Of a DNA stretch of 64,000 bases, positions 63,181-64,000 are shown piece after piece. Source of the stretch: Amphiscolops sp. MND2022. Lineage: Eukaryota. The notes beneath the pieces were generated by a model. The model had not been told where the DNA came from and ran no database searches. It was given only the letters and a program-made list of their open reading frames with translations. The position numbers and the translations under genes are program-made. Position 1 is the first letter of the stretch. Every line of letters starts with the position of its first letter. The DNA is taken from positions 15,934,001 through 15,998,000 of the forward strand of contig OZ076420.1 of the NCBI GenBank assembly GCA_964187785.1, read 5' to 3'.

Positions 63181-64000
63181 ACACACACACTCCTCATCCT
63201 CTGAGTATTTTAACACCGGGTTTTCACCATTGTAATTCTCTCCTCAATACGAGTAAAAAGAAATGTCGATGAGCAAAATCTATCCACTAGTTCAAATGTC
63301 ATGGATTTCTATTACTTACATGTTTTATTATCAGCATCGAGACTAAAATTTATTCTTAATAAAACTTGGCACAACGCCCTCGCTACGTGAAAATTTATCA
63401 AGTTGCGCTCAGTTTTTCCACAACATCTCCATGAATATTTATCCGTTTGAGTTAAAAAAAACTAAAGTAATGTGGATAGAATTGGGGATATATACATAGA
63501 AACTTATGGAAAAGTTATTTTGGAACAACTTTGAGAAGAAGGAAGGAAAAACATAGAAAATTTTTTGAAATTGTTAAAATTTCTAGGGTGTTGTATGTTG
63601 TTGGAAATGTGTTATTGTGTAGAGTATGAATATGTAATTTGATTCGGGATTCAAGAAATATATGTCGAAAATTTAACGAATAATGATTAATTCATTTATT
63701 AGGAAACATTTATTTGAAATGATTTTCACTTTTTGCAAAATACAGATTTACCGAACAATCAATAATGCATTTTTTATTTCATTATAATTAGCTTTACTAG
63801 AGTTAAAACAAATACTATTTTTAACTTCCAAGAAAACCACACCTTTTTTCAATTCACAAAAAAGATTTGAACACTTTTCAACTAAAAATTTCGCACAAAT
63901 ATTATCAATAATAATCAAAATTTTATCAACATCAATTATCAATTCCATTTGATCATATATCACTTCAATATTGATTTTAAGTAAATAACCTCCTTTAATT

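Overview
AT-rich eukaryotic (invertebrate-like) genomic DNA; the species cannot be identified from sequence alone. Bases 1-16 kb hold an 11-exon + strand gene for a Myc/Max/Mlx-network bHLH-leucine-zipper protein (about 565 codons in the window). Its introns are packed with MITEs, SINE-like elements and a Tc1/mariner relic, and one contains a 200-N assembly gap. Bases 17794-60692 are a head-to-tail array of four near-identical 10.6-10.8 kb units sharing one novel junction. Each unit carries a 170-bp satellite-like repeat with a tRNA-Glu-like segment, a LINE fragment, a Penelope-like relic whose 100-bp inverted repeat contains two minimal hammerhead ribozyme motifs, a spliced minus-strand orphan gene with six phase-consistent open exons, and a dead BEL/Pao retrotransposon that continues into its integrase only after the last unit. 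Main leads: the hammerhead inverted repeat just downstream of the amplified orphan gene, mosaic recombination among array units, and several exon junctions in both genes that fit best with non-GT splice donors or direct-repeat-flanked insertions. All gene models were derived by hand and need RNA-seq confirmation.
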